Assembly (NCBI GenBank): GCA_964348035.1
Contig: CAYGBF010000296.1
Location: 1 to 31,309 of the forward strand
Length of the DNA: 31,309 nt
DNA from: an uncultured Eubacteriales bacterium
GTDB lineage: Bacteria; Acidobacteriota; Aminicenantia; Aminicenantales; Aminicenantaceae
Reading direction: 5' to 3'
In this document: positions 1-8,559 of the stretch, piece after piece
Position numbering within the stretch: the stretch's first letter is position 1
Layout of the letters: every line of letters starts with the position of its first letter
Made by a program: the position numbers and the translations under genes
The notes under the pieces: model-generated
Database searches by the model: none
Told to the model about the DNA's origin: nothing
The model's input: only the letters and a program-made list of their open reading frames with translations

Positions 1-411
1 GACCACATAAAAAGCTGCCCTATCTGTCAGGAACGAAGAGAGGAATACCGGATGATCATCGGTCTATTAAGACAGGAAAAAGTCCAGGAACCCAAACCCT
101 ATTTTTGGGAGCGCCTTCAAGTCAAAATCAGAGAAAGGCAAGACATACCATTCTGGGTATCAATCAAACAGTGGAGTCTAAGAGCCGTGCCTGTTTCTTT
201 GATCTTTGTCTTGGTCATGACCCTGGCGATCGTCCTTTTCTTTCCGAGTCAAGACGAAGAACTGAGTCAATCCGAAGCGCTTCTCCTGCGCAACCTGAAT
301 CCTCTTGAGGAAACACAGCTTCTGTTCGATGAGAAATTGGAAAATCAGAACCTGATCCTCATCTTCTCCTCTTTGGAAGAAAAAAACAACATAAGGAGAC
401 CTTTGCCATGA
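1..411 (+). CDS. Zinc-binding anti-sigma factor (zf-HC2/ZAS), 5'-partial, single TM
   Basis: Frame 1 is open from base 1 and reads DHIKSCPICQERREEYRMIIG..., an HxxxCxxC ZAS motif, so the track start at 52 is internal. TM segment AVPVSLIFVLVMTLAIVLFF. ATGA overlap with the next gene. Confidence 0.8.
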   Translation, partial: DHIKSCPICQERREEYRMIIGLLRQEKVQEPKPYFWERLQVKIRERQDIPFWVSIKQWSLRAVPVSLIFVLVMTLAIVLFFPSQDEELSQSEALLLRNLNPLEETQLLFDEKLENQNLILIFSSLEEKNNIRRPLP

Positions 412-830
412 AGAATCATTATAAACTCTGGATAACCCTGTCCTTTATCATCGTCTTTGTCCTCGGTGGTCTGGCCGGGGTACTTCTGGATAAACACATC
501 CTCCCCTCGAAAACCAAAAAATATAAAAGAGACCGGCGGCCGGTTGAATTTCCCACGTTGGATATGATGGCTAAAGAGTTAGATCTTTCCGCAGAACAGA
601 AGGAACAGATCAGGCAAATCTTCGCTGATAACGAGGAGAGTCTGAAGAAACTGAAAAGCCATATCCACGAGCGCATCTCGACCATAAGAGCTCGGTTAAA
701 AGACGAGATTATGAGTGTCCTGACTGAGGAGCAGAGGACAAAATTCGAAGCTATGATCGAAAGATACCTCCAGCAGAGGAAAGAAAAGATGGAAAAGCGA
801 AGAAGCCACAGAAAACCTAGGGAGAACTGA
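408..830 (+). CDS. Spy/CpxP-like (LTXXQ-type) periplasmic helical protein with N-terminal membrane anchor
   Basis: N-terminal TM (LWITLSFIIVFVLGGLAGVLL) and two motifs LDLSAEQKEQI and VLTEEQRTKF. Position after an anti-sigma factor is typical. Confidence 0.7.
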   Translation: MKNHYKLWITLSFIIVFVLGGLAGVLLDKHILPSKTKKYKRDRRPVEFPTLDMMAKELDLSAEQKEQIRQIFADNEESLKKLKSHIHERISTIRARLKDEIMSVLTEEQRTKFEAMIERYLQQRKEKMEKRRSHRKPREN

Positions 831-831
831 A

Positions 832-1134
832 ATGAATAAGAAAGTCATGATCGGTATTGTGATTTTTATCGTCATCGTGGGCAGCGTCTTAGGTTTAACC
901 CTCTCTAATCGTAATAACAATAACGCCATTGAGTACAAAAAAGAAGCTATCGAGAAGGAGGACATCCAAGCCGTGATGGTCACAACAGTATCGCTTAATC
1001 CGGTCATCATCGTCGATTTTGGAAGCCAGGTCTCAGGCCGCATCGAACAGCTCTACGCAGATTTCAATTCCACTGTCAAACAAGGCCAGGTCATTGCTGA
1101 ACTCGATCCGATCGAGGCCCTAAGGTACGAATAA
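832..1134 (+). pseudogene. Chimeric remnant: MacA/HlyD-type RND adaptor N-terminus fused to a MacB/FtsX permease C-terminus
   Basis: N-terminal TM plus adaptor motif GSQVSGRIEQLYADFNSTVKQGQVIAELDP, then IEALRYE-stop, the typical MacB-family terminus. Only 100 aa, against about 400 aa for an adaptor. Confidence 0.75.
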
Positions 1135-1202
1135 AGTCTTATCTCCTGTTGCTCATACTATGACTAGCGATGGTAAAGAAGAAAATTATCTAGGAGGATA
1201 AT

Positions 1203-2768
1203 ATGGATAAACGCATCATCGGGATTTTCATGTCAGTACTTTTCTGCCTATCTGCAGCCTCTCCTGGTCAACAGGAAAAAACCATCTCCCTCTCCCTGGA
1301 GGAATGCATCCTGAAGGCGATGGAAAATAACCTAGGCTTGGCTGTGGAAGTCTTGTCCCCAGAGCTGGCCGATATTTCCGTCTCTCTAGCTAAAGAGAAA
1401 TTCATGCCCTCACTGTCTTTAAGCTATGGCATAGACAGTAATATTTCGCCTTCCTACTCGTTCCTGGATGCCGCTGAAGAGGTTTCGACCGATAGAACAG
1501 ACTACTCAGCTCAGATAAGCCAGCTCCTCCCCACAGGGGGAAACCTGTCTATCAGCCTTAATGGTTATGCCACTGAATCCAACAGACGCTTCCAAACCAT
1601 CAACCCTCGCTACGGAGGAACGCTGAGGTTTAACTTCACTCAACCCATCCTCAGGAATTTTGGCCTGAACATCAACCGCAGAGAAATCCGGATCGCCCAG
1701 AACAACAGCGACATCTCCGAAACTCAGTACAAAAGAACCCTGCAGGATACGATCTACAACGTGGAAGAAGCCTACTGGAATCTCGTGTACACCATCGAAA
1801 ATTTGAAGGTCATCCGACAATCCCTGGAATTAGCTCAAGACCTCCTGGAAAAGAACAGACGGGCCGTGGAAGTCGGGACTATGGCTCCGATTGAAATCCT
1901 GACCGCCCAAGAACAGGTGGCCACACGCGAGGCCGAAATCCTCGAAGCCGAAGCTCTGGTCAAGAACAACGAAGACGCCCTGAAAACGATCATCAATCTC
2001 GCTGCCGATGAGGAGGATGCCGAGACGTTGAGGATAGTGCCCTCGGACAAACCTGGTTACGAGAAAAAAGATATGTCTCTGGAGCAAGCTATGGCCATAG
2101 CCATGCAGAATCGAACTGACCTTCAGGTCTCCAGGATAGACTTGAAAAACAGGGAGATTAACCTCAGTTATGCCAAGAATCAGCTTCTTCCTGAATTGAG
2201 CCTCCAAGCGTCCTACTGGAGTCCGGGTATTTCAGGAGACCAGCTCATCTACCAAGGCGGAAACCCGCTGACAGGAGTGGTTGTGGATACGATTCCTGGT
2301 GGTGCCTCCGACGCCTTAAAAGACACCTTCGGTTTTAAGTTTAACAACTGGACGGTCGGCCTGACTTTCTCTATCCCCTTCAGCACACTTCTCTCACGAG
2401 CTGCCCATGCTCAGGCCAGAGTAAACCTGGAGCAGGCGACTCTACAGCTCAAGGACCAAGAGCAGCAGGCTTTTCTCGAGATTAAAAACTCTCTCCGAGC
2501 TGTGGAGACGAATTTCAAACGGATTCAGGCCCGGAAATTGGCCAAGGAATTGGCCGCCAAGAAACTGGAAGCCGAAGAGGAAAAGCTTAAGGTCGGACTG
2601 ACCACGAACTACTTCGTCCTCCAGTACCAAAGGGATCTGGCCAACGCCCAGAGTACTGAATTGAGAGCCATCATCGACTACAACCTATCCCTAGCTCGCT
2701 TGAACAGGGCTCTGGGGATCAGCCTCGATGAAAAAAAGATTTCTTTATCAAAAATGTTGGATAATTAA
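1203..2768 (+). CDS. TolC-family outer membrane efflux protein
   Basis: Signal peptide; LSLEECILKAMENN start motif; two repeat halves with VEEAYWNL and EEEKLKVGLTT; RAIIDYNLSLARL end; SD AGGAGG upstream. Confidence 0.9.
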   Translation: MDKRIIGIFMSVLFCLSAASPGQQEKTISLSLEECILKAMENNLGLAVEVLSPELADISVSLAKEKFMPSLSLSYGIDSNISPSYSFLDAAEEVSTDRTDYSAQISQLLPTGGNLSISLNGYATESNRRFQTINPRYGGTLRFNFTQPILRNFGLNINRREIRIAQNNSDISETQYKRTLQDTIYNVEEAYWNLVYTIENLKVIRQSLELAQDLLEKNRRAVEVGTMAPIEILTAQEQVATREAEILEAEALVKNNEDALKTIINLAADEEDAETLRIVPSDKPGYEKKDMSLEQAMAIAMQNRTDLQVSRIDLKNREINLSYAKNQLLPELSLQASYWSPGISGDQLIYQGGNPLTGVVVDTIPGGASDALKDTFGFKFNNWTVGLTFSIPFSTLLSRAAHAQARVNLEQATLQLKDQEQQAFLEIKNSLRAVETNFKRIQARKLAKELAAKKLEAEEEKLKVGLTTNYFVLQYQRDLANAQSTELRAIIDYNLSLARLNRALGISLDEKKISLSKMLDN

Positions 2769-2804
2769 GGAGGCTCGTGTAAAAAATTCTGGGATAATTT
2801 CACT

Positions 2805-2832
2805 TTGAGAGACTCGATGAATCGCTTATAAT
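2805..2832 (+). promoter_or_regulatory. Putative sigma70 promoter for the DUF5916 gene
   Basis: TTGAGA-16 bp-TATAAT, 25 bp upstream of the GTG start. Confidence 0.5.
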
Positions 2833-2857
2833 ATTTATTCAATAACTGGTTGAAGCA

Positions 2858-5047
2858 GTGAAAAAAATCGGATTCTTCCCTCTCTTCCTGATCCTATCTC
2901 TCTGTCTTTTTGGTCAAGATAACGGCCAAAATTATCAGGTGAAAATCCCCAAGTTTCCCGTTCCACCTACAATTGACGGTAAGCTGGAAAACCCGCTCTG
3001 GGAAAAGGGGGCAGTTCTCGAAAATTTCACCCAGTATGAACCGCATGAAGGAGCAAGGCCCTCGGAGAAAACCGTGGCTTACCTCGGCTACGACAGCAAG
3101 AATCTGTACATTGCCTTTCGCTGTTACGACTCCAACCCGAAGGCTATCAGAGCCTGCCTCACCAAGAGGGACACTGTTTATGGTGACGATGAGGTCACCG
3201 TTTACCTGGATACCTTCAATGACAAAAAGCGGGCCTTTGCTTTCCTGGTGAATCCCTGTGGCGTCCAATCTGACGGCATTTACACCGAGACCCGGAGAAG
3301 AGGGAGGGGCCGCGGCGGAGGCCCTGACCGGATCGATAAGAGCTGGGATACCTTTTTCACGACAGCCGCGTTCATGAATGAGGAAGGATACACAGTCGAG
3401 ATGGCCATTCCGTTTAAAAGCTTACGGTTTCCCAACTCCCAAACTCAACGGTGGAGGCTGCAGATCAAGCGAAATATTCGCAGAAAAAACGAAGAAATCT
3501 ACTGGTATCCGAGGTCTCGAGATGTGAACGGCTTCCTGGTCCAATCCGGAACTCTGACCATCGATGGGAACCTGGAAAAAGGAAAAAATTTCGAGGTCAT
3601 GCCCGTGTTAACAGGTCTTCAAGCCAGAAAAGAAAATTTTGACCCTGAAGGAGGCCTCAACTTAAAGTACGGTATCACTTCTGATTTGACGGCAGATATG
3701 ACCTACAACCCGGATTTCAGCCAGGTCGAGGCCGATATGCCTCAGATCGATGTCAACCAGAGGTATGCCCTGTACTATCCAGAAAAACGCCCCTTCTTCC
3801 TGGAGGGAAAAGACCATTTTGACACACCCTTTGAGTTGATTTATACGCGAAAAATCATGGATCCTCAATGGGGAGGGAAGCTCACCGGGAAAATCGGGAG
3901 GACGACTCTCGGCTTTTTGACCACCTATGATTTCAACTCTCCAGACATCAAAATCTCTGCTGAAGACGATGATGAAGAGGAAGATGAAGACGATGACGAG
4001 GAGATCACACAAAGAGGCCTGGTGAATGTTTTTCGGTTGAGACAAGACCTCTTCTCCGAATCCTACATCGGTTTTATCCTGGCAGACAAAGAGATGGGAG
4101 ATTCCTGGAAAAATATTAGACATAACTTCAACCGGGTTGGAGGTATCGATGGACACTTCAAATTCTTGAATAACTACCGATTCTCCTTTCAGGTTGTGGG
4201 TTCTCAGAGCAAAGTGGGTGCCGACAAAACGGATTTGGTACCGGCGATGATGTTTAACTTTAACCGACGCGGAAGGCATTTGAGTTTCTCCGCCAATTAC
4301 ACCCATATTCCCCCGGATTTTGAGGCCTCGTTGGGCTTTTTCCGCCGGAAGGACATCCGATCTTTCAACTCGCGCCTCAGCTACGCCATCCTACCTCAGA
4401 CAAACCTTCTTGTCGATATTCGGCCCTCGTTCGAGTACAGAAGAATTTACGACTTTGAGGATATCCTGACAGACGAGGAATGGGAGTTTCGTGTATTCAT
4501 GAGTGGATGGAGGGGTTCTCACATTTGGATGAATTTCTCTACTGGGTTGGAACGTTATGAGGGTATCAATTTTCACAAAGATTCCTTCTGGGCCAGTTTC
4601 AGTTCGGCACCGTTTTCCTGGCTGAGCGGGAATATCTCCTTCTCTTTCGGTGATAGCATCTATTACGATGATGAACCCTATCTGGGCTATAAGACCTCCA
4701 AAGGAGCCCGCTTAACCTTAAGGCCTCTAACCAACATCCGTCTACACTACAATTTCAGGAGCGACAATTTCTACAGGAGCAAGGGTGGTGAAAAAGTCTA
4801 CTCGGTGAATATCATCAGCCAACGCCTCACTTACCAGCTTTCCCGTACTCTTTCCTTGCGGTTGATCACAGATTATGACAGCTATCATAAAGAAATCTTC
4901 AACAGCCTTCTTTTCAGTTATGAACTCAGACCGGGAACCGTCTTCTATGTCGGAGTGGATGACAACCAAGAGAGGGACGATTCTGGAATCTGGCGCATCC
5001 AGGGGCGTTTTGTCTTCGTCAAATTTTCCTACTGGTGGCGTATATAA
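2858..5047 (+). CDS. DUF5916 / CBM9-like domain protein, probable outer-membrane beta-barrel
   Basis: Signal peptide; PTIDGKLE...W and YDSKNLYIAF (CBM9-like); NPDFSQVEAD and YPEKRPFFLEG (DUF5916); C-terminal beta-signal-like FVFVKFSYWWRI. Confidence 0.8.
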   Translation: MKKIGFFPLFLILSLCLFGQDNGQNYQVKIPKFPVPPTIDGKLENPLWEKGAVLENFTQYEPHEGARPSEKTVAYLGYDSKNLYIAFRCYDSNPKAIRACLTKRDTVYGDDEVTVYLDTFNDKKRAFAFLVNPCGVQSDGIYTETRRRGRGRGGGPDRIDKSWDTFFTTAAFMNEEGYTVEMAIPFKSLRFPNSQTQRWRLQIKRNIRRKNEEIYWYPRSRDVNGFLVQSGTLTIDGNLEKGKNFEVMPVLTGLQARKENFDPEGGLNLKYGITSDLTADMTYNPDFSQVEADMPQIDVNQRYALYYPEKRPFFLEGKDHFDTPFELIYTRKIMDPQWGGKLTGKIGRTTLGFLTTYDFNSPDIKISAEDDDEEEDEDDDEEITQRGLVNVFRLRQDLFSESYIGFILADKEMGDSWKNIRHNFNRVGGIDGHFKFLNNYRFSFQVVGSQSKVGADKTDLVPAMMFNFNRRGRHLSFSANYTHIPPDFEASLGFFRRKDIRSFNSRLSYAILPQTNLLVDIRPSFEYRRIYDFEDILTDEEWEFRVFMSGWRGSHIWMNFSTGLERYEGINFHKDSFWASFSSAPFSWLSGNISFSFGDSIYYDDEPYLGYKTSKGARLTLRPLTNIRLHYNFRSDNFYRSKGGEKVYSVNIISQRLTYQLSRTLSLRLITDYDSYHKEIFNSLLFSYELRPGTVFYVGVDDNQERDDSGIWRIQGRFVFVKFSYWWRI

Positions 5048-5048
5048 A

Positions 5049-5154
5049 GGGGACGGTTCTATTTTTCCTTGTATGAGCAGCTGCAAACCGCTACCTGCCT
5101 CCGTAGGCGTAGCCTACGTAGAGATGAAGGGAAGGGAAAAATAGAACCGTCTCC
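5049..5154. repeat. REPIN/MITE-like element: 20-bp inverted arms around a 66-bp core containing a hairpin
   Basis: GGGGACGGTTCTATTTTTCC (5049-5068) vs GGAAAAATAGAACCGTCTCC (5135-5154), 19/20 complementary. Inner hairpin CGTAGGC-GTA-GCCTACG at 5102-5118. Confidence 0.75.
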
Positions 5155-5174
5155 ATTTTTATTTATTTTGCTGG

Positions 5175-5194
5175 GTCCCTGCTTCCGCAGGGAC
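5175..5194. repeat. REP-like palindrome
   Basis: GTCCCTGC-TTCC-GCAGGGAC is a perfect 8-bp stem; the context CTGGGTCCCTGCTTCCGCAGGGAC resembles the ATTCCCGC..GCGGGAAT class of REP/dRS3-like repeats. Confidence 0.6.
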
Positions 5195-5198
5195 AAGC

Positions 5199-5227
5199 TT
5201 GAATTTTTGTGAAAAACGTGTTAGTAT
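5199..5227 (+). promoter_or_regulatory. Putative sigma70 promoter for hfq-like/pdxA
   Basis: TTGAAT-17 bp-TAGTAT with an extended -10 TG; an overlapping TATAAT at 5225-5230. Confidence 0.5.
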
Positions 5228-5281
5228 AATCGTCAAGTATAAGCTCCAATTTTCTTACAGCCAACAATCAGGGAGAGCACA

Positions 5282-5620
5282 ATGAACAGGAAACTCATAA
5301 GACCTAACCTTTCTGAAATCAAGGATAAAATGAGCCGTGAACCGGCTAAAAAGAAATCCCATCCCCCCTCAGAAACATTTGCCGAGAACTACTATTATCT
5401 TAAACAGATGAACAAAAAAACGCCGATGGGAGTCGTCTTGGCCGACGGAGAAACGATAGAAGGTTTCATCGAGTGGTACGATAGGAACTGTATAAAACTC
5501 AACAGAGACGATGCTCCGAATCTTCTGGTGTTTAAAAACAACATCAAGTATCTGTATAAACTCAACGAAACAAAAGAATCCAAGAACCCCCCAGCCCCTA
5601 CCAAAAAGAAGAGAAAATGA
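5282..5620 (+). CDS. hfq: Hfq-like (Sm-fold) RNA chaperone, Acidobacteria-type
   Basis: Sm1-like [17 protein letters not shown] and Sm2-like [11 protein letters not shown]; SD GGGAGAG; ATGA overlap with pdxA. Confidence 0.7.
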   Translation: MNRKLIRPNLSEIKDKMSREPAKKKSHPPSETFAENYYYLKQMNKKTPMGVVLADGETIEGFIEWYDRNCIKLNRDDAPNLLVFKNNIKYLYKLNETKESKNPPAPTKKKRK

Positions 5621-6594
5621 CCCTCCCCAGGATCGGGATCACACTCGGGGATCCTGGGGGGATCGGACCAGAAATCACTCTCAAAGCTCTCGCCCTTGAA
5701 AACTCCTTGCCCGAAGCTCATTACATCATCTACGGATCAGCCCTGGTCCTGGAGGAGGAAATAAAAAGGGGGGGGTTCAATATCAAGATACCTGTCCTTG
5801 AAGGAAACAGATTCGGTCCTGTCCCGAGTGTCACGCTTCAGGAAATTCCCACTCCCACTGATGGAATTCAGACTGGCCAATATTCCAAAGCCTCCGGACA
5901 GGCTTCTTTTCGCTTCTTCGAAAAGGCTGTCCAACAGGCTCAAGACGGATTAATACAAGCCCTGGTGACCGCTCCCATATCCAAAAAATCTTGGGAGATG
6001 GCAGGAATCCAGTGGTCTGGCCACACGGATTATCTGAGCCACACATATCCTCAGGCTGTGATGTCCTTCTGGTCAGACAAACTGAAAGTTGTCCTTTACA
6101 CTCATCACATCCCGCTCAAGGAGTCTCTACAAAGAATTAATAAGAAGGACCTTTTAGACTTTTTCATCCATCTCGACCAAAACATCCAAAATTTACAGCC
6201 TCAGAGGTTCCGATTCTTGGTGGCCGGCTTGAACCCCCATGCTGGGGAGGGGGGACTCATCGGTTCAGAAGAAAAGGAGGAGATCCTCCCGGCTGTCGAG
6301 CAAGCTCAGAGGCAGGGATTGAAGATCAACGGTCCCTTTCCTCCCGATACGGTTTTCCGGCAGGCTTTGCTCCAACCGGACAAGATCGTTATCGCTCTGT
6401 ATCACGACCAAGGACTCATCCCGTTTAAACTCGAATCTTTCGAGGATGGAGTGAATTTAACCCTAGGTCTGCCGTTCGTCCGAACCTCTCCAGATCACGG
6501 GACAGCTTTTGACATTGCCGGCCAAAACAAAGCCAACCCCCAAAGTCTGATAAAATCTATAGAACTGGCGTATAGCTTATCTCAACCTCTTTAG
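5617..6594 (+). CDS. pdxA: 4-hydroxythreonine-4-phosphate dehydrogenase (PdxA family)
   Basis: Motifs [49 protein letters not shown]. Confidence 0.92.
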   Translation: MTLPRIGITLGDPGGIGPEITLKALALENSLPEAHYIIYGSALVLEEEIKRGGFNIKIPVLEGNRFGPVPSVTLQEIPTPTDGIQTGQYSKASGQASFRFFEKAVQQAQDGLIQALVTAPISKKSWEMAGIQWSGHTDYLSHTYPQAVMSFWSDKLKVVLYTHHIPLKESLQRINKKDLLDFFIHLDQNIQNLQPQRFRFLVAGLNPHAGEGGLIGSEEKEEILPAVEQAQRQGLKINGPFPPDTVFRQALLQPDKIVIALYHDQGLIPFKLESFEDGVNLTLGLPFVRTSPDHGTAFDIAGQNKANPQSLIKSIELAYSLSQPL

Positions 6595-7026
6595 CTCAGC
6601 CATCATTTCCCTCTCTCGGTCTCTCTGCCGAATGGCCTCTCTCTTCTGGTAGGCCCTTTTTCCTTTGCCTAGAGAAATTTCCACCTTGACCTTTCCCTTG
6701 TCGTTTATTATCACTTTCGTCGGGATGAGGGTCAGCCCCTTTTCTTTAACCTTCCCCGTCAAACGCTTGATCTCGCGCCGATGGAGGAGAAGTTTCCTCA
6801 TTCTCAGCGGCTCGTGATTAAAACGATTGGAGGCTTCGTAGGGGCTGATATGACAATTGATGAGAAAGACTTCGCCTTCCTTTATTTCCGCGTAGCTTTC
6901 TTTCAGACTGATTTTTCCCTCTCTGATCGATTTGACTTCACTTCCGAGCAAGGAAATGCCCGCCTCTAGGCTCTCCAGTATTTCGTAGTTGAAGTAGGCT
7001 TTTTTATTCTTGGCGATAATCTTCAT
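6577..7026 (-). CDS. smpB: SsrA-binding protein SmpB
   Basis: NKKAYFNY, EAGISLLGSEVKSIR, RKLLLHRREI, basic C-terminal tail. Converges on pdxA with an 18-bp overlap. Confidence 0.95.
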   Translation of the reverse strand: MKIIAKNKKAYFNYEILESLEAGISLLGSEVKSIREGKISLKESYAEIKEGEVFLINCHISPYEASNRFNHEPLRMRKLLLHRREIKRLTGKVKEKGLTLIPTKVIINDKGKVKVEISLGKGKRAYQKREAIRQRDREREMMAELKRLR

Positions 7027-7202
7027 CTTGAAACATTTTTTCCTTTTCTCTCAAATTAACATGATATAGAATGTCATGCCTCTCTTTTAAGCTTTTATAG
7101 GTAAATTTATAACCTTTGTCATCTAGGACTCGAGGTATCTGAGAAGTGCTCTCCGGAAAAAGGAAAACCAGGAACGGGTTAGAACCAGCATGATATCGAA
7201 GA

Positions 7203-7721
7203 TCAGGAATCCATCCGAGATCCGATATCTTTGAAACAGAAAGAAAGGGTTTGAAAAAGCTTTTCCTCAATCTCAGAGGACGACAGTGGGGCCACCAAGG
7301 ATATCTCGGTTACGATGAGATCCTTGGCCTTCTCCATCATCTTTTTCTCGCGGAAAGAAAGAGGCTTGATGAGATTTAGATAGTACAGGCTTTTCAGGAC
7401 AAGCGCCATGTCCAAAATCGATCCTGTTTTCATAAGATCAAGATGTTCTTTGTACCGTCCCTTCCAGTTCATCGTCACGTCAACCCGGCCGTTTTTCATG
7501 AACTGAAATAGCTCCTCGACAGCAGTCTCAGCAATCGGTTTCCGGATACCGATTTCTATGGCTGTTGCGGAGGGAACGAGGACAAGAGTCTTATTGGATA
7601 GGATTCTGACGTGGTAGATTTTAAAGCTTTCCCCGTAGTATCTTTCGTTCTGGATATCCTCTATTACACCCAGCCCCTGATTGGGATAAATGACTTTATC
7701 TCCAATCTTGAATAGATCCAT
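7203..7721 (-). CDS. carD: CarD-family transcription factor
   Basis: FKIGDKVIYPNQGLGVI RNAP-interaction domain; NWKGRY with the conserved Trp; LSFREKKMMEKA C-terminal motif. Confidence 0.9.
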   Translation of the reverse strand: MDLFKIGDKVIYPNQGLGVIEDIQNERYYGESFKIYHVRILSNKTLVLVPSATAIEIGIRKPIAETAVEELFQFMKNGRVDVTMNWKGRYKEHLDLMKTGSILDMALVLKSLYYLNLIKPLSFREKKMMEKAKDLIVTEISLVAPLSSSEIEEKLFQTLSFCFKDIGSRMDS

Positions 7722-7729
7722 TGTCCGTC

Positions 7730-7758
7730 ATTATAATCCAATCCTAAAAAAGAGTCAA
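7730..7758 (-). promoter_or_regulatory. sigma70 promoter of carD
   Basis: Minus strand TTGACT-17 bp-TATAAT; the -10 ends 8 nt before the ATG. Confidence 0.65.
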
Positions 7759-7790
7759 ACACTTGTGAAGACATAGGCGGGAGGTGGCCC

Positions 7791-7819
7791 TTGACAGATA
7801 GCAACAGGTTTATTAACAT
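7791..7819 (+). promoter_or_regulatory. sigma70 promoter of the rpmH operon
   Basis: TTGACA-17 bp-TAACAT, 32 bp upstream of the rpmH ATG; back-to-back with the carD promoter. Confidence 0.65.
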
Positions 7820-7851
7820 ACACTTTCACATTCCAGTATATCGACGAAACA

Positions 7852-7986
7852 ATGAAAAGAACTTTCCAACCCAACAAGAGGAAAAGAAAGAAAACCCACG
7901 GCTTTCTGGTTCGGATGAGAGCCAAAGGTGGGCAGCACATCATCAGCCGCCGCAGACAAAAGGGAAGAAAAAAACTCTCCGCTTAA
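7852..7986 (+). CDS. rpmH: 50S ribosomal protein L34 (not in the ORF track)
   Basis: Manual translation [44 protein letters not shown], 44 aa. Confidence 0.97.
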   Translation: MKRTFQPNKRKRKKTHGFLVRMRAKGGQHIISRRRQKGRKKLSA

Positions 7987-8342
7987 TGGAAGAAACCCTC
8001 AGTCCTCGTGAGAGGATAAGAAAGAGAAAGGATTTTCTGTTAATCTATAAAGACGGTAAACGCCATAGAGGAAAGGTCTTCAATCTCATTCATCTTTCCA
8101 ACAACCTTGGCTTCTCTCGTATCGCCATCGTCGTCAGCCGAAAAGTCGGTAACTCCGTCGAAAGAAACAAGATAAAAAGAAACATGAGGGCTTTATTCCG
8201 GAAGAATAAAGATTTGCTCAAGGTCCATGCGGATATGATCGTCATCCCCAACAAAGGTATTCTCGACATCTCGCGGTCAGGCCTCCAGCAAGAATACCTG
8301 GCTGCCATCGCTTCTGTCAACCAAAGTGGGAAAGCCAAATGA
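7986..8342 (+). CDS. rnpA: Ribonuclease P protein component
   Basis: [21 protein letters not shown] (RNR-motif variant). Start set at ATG 7986, overlapping the rpmH stop by 1 nt; the track start at 7791 is over-extended. Confidence 0.92.
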   Translation: MEETLSPRERIRKRKDFLLIYKDGKRHRGKVFNLIHLSNNLGFSRIAIVVSRKVGNSVERNKIKRNMRALFRKNKDLLKVHADMIVIPNKGILDISRSGLQQEYLAAIASVNQSGKAK

Positions 8343-8548
8343 GCCACATCGCCTTAGCCTTGATCAGGATTTACCAAAAACTCTTCTCCCCTCTCTTCGG
8401 TAACCACTGCCGTTTTCATCCGACCTGCTCTTTCTATACGTACGAGGCAATCGATAAATATGGTTTACTAAAGGGAACATTTCTCGGAACCATTAGGCTT
8501 TTCAAGTGTCATCCCCTCCATCCGGGAGGGAACGACCCAGTTCCTTAA
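8339..8548 (+). CDS. yidD: Membrane protein insertion efficiency factor YidD
   Basis: [15 protein letters not shown]...[14 protein letters not shown]. Confidence 0.95.
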   Translation: MSHIALALIRIYQKLFSPLFGNHCRFHPTCSFYTYEAIDKYGLLKGTFLGTIRLFKCHPLHPGGNDPVP

Positions 8549-8559
8549 AGGATCAGCTT

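Noticed and set aside
5768-5775. G8 homopolymer in pdxA as a phase-variation tract
   Set aside because: Short, the frame is intact, and a housekeeping enzyme is an unlikely target.
7027-7202. Possible tmRNA or tRNA-like RNA next to smpB (GGTTCTAACCC on the minus strand)
   Set aside because: Too short for ssrA, no GGGG 5' end or CCA acceptor stem, and the T-arm-like stem pairs poorly.
7791-7985. Long N-terminal extension of RnpA in the ORF track
   Set aside because: It starts at the TTG of the -35 hexamer and overlaps rpmH in another frame.
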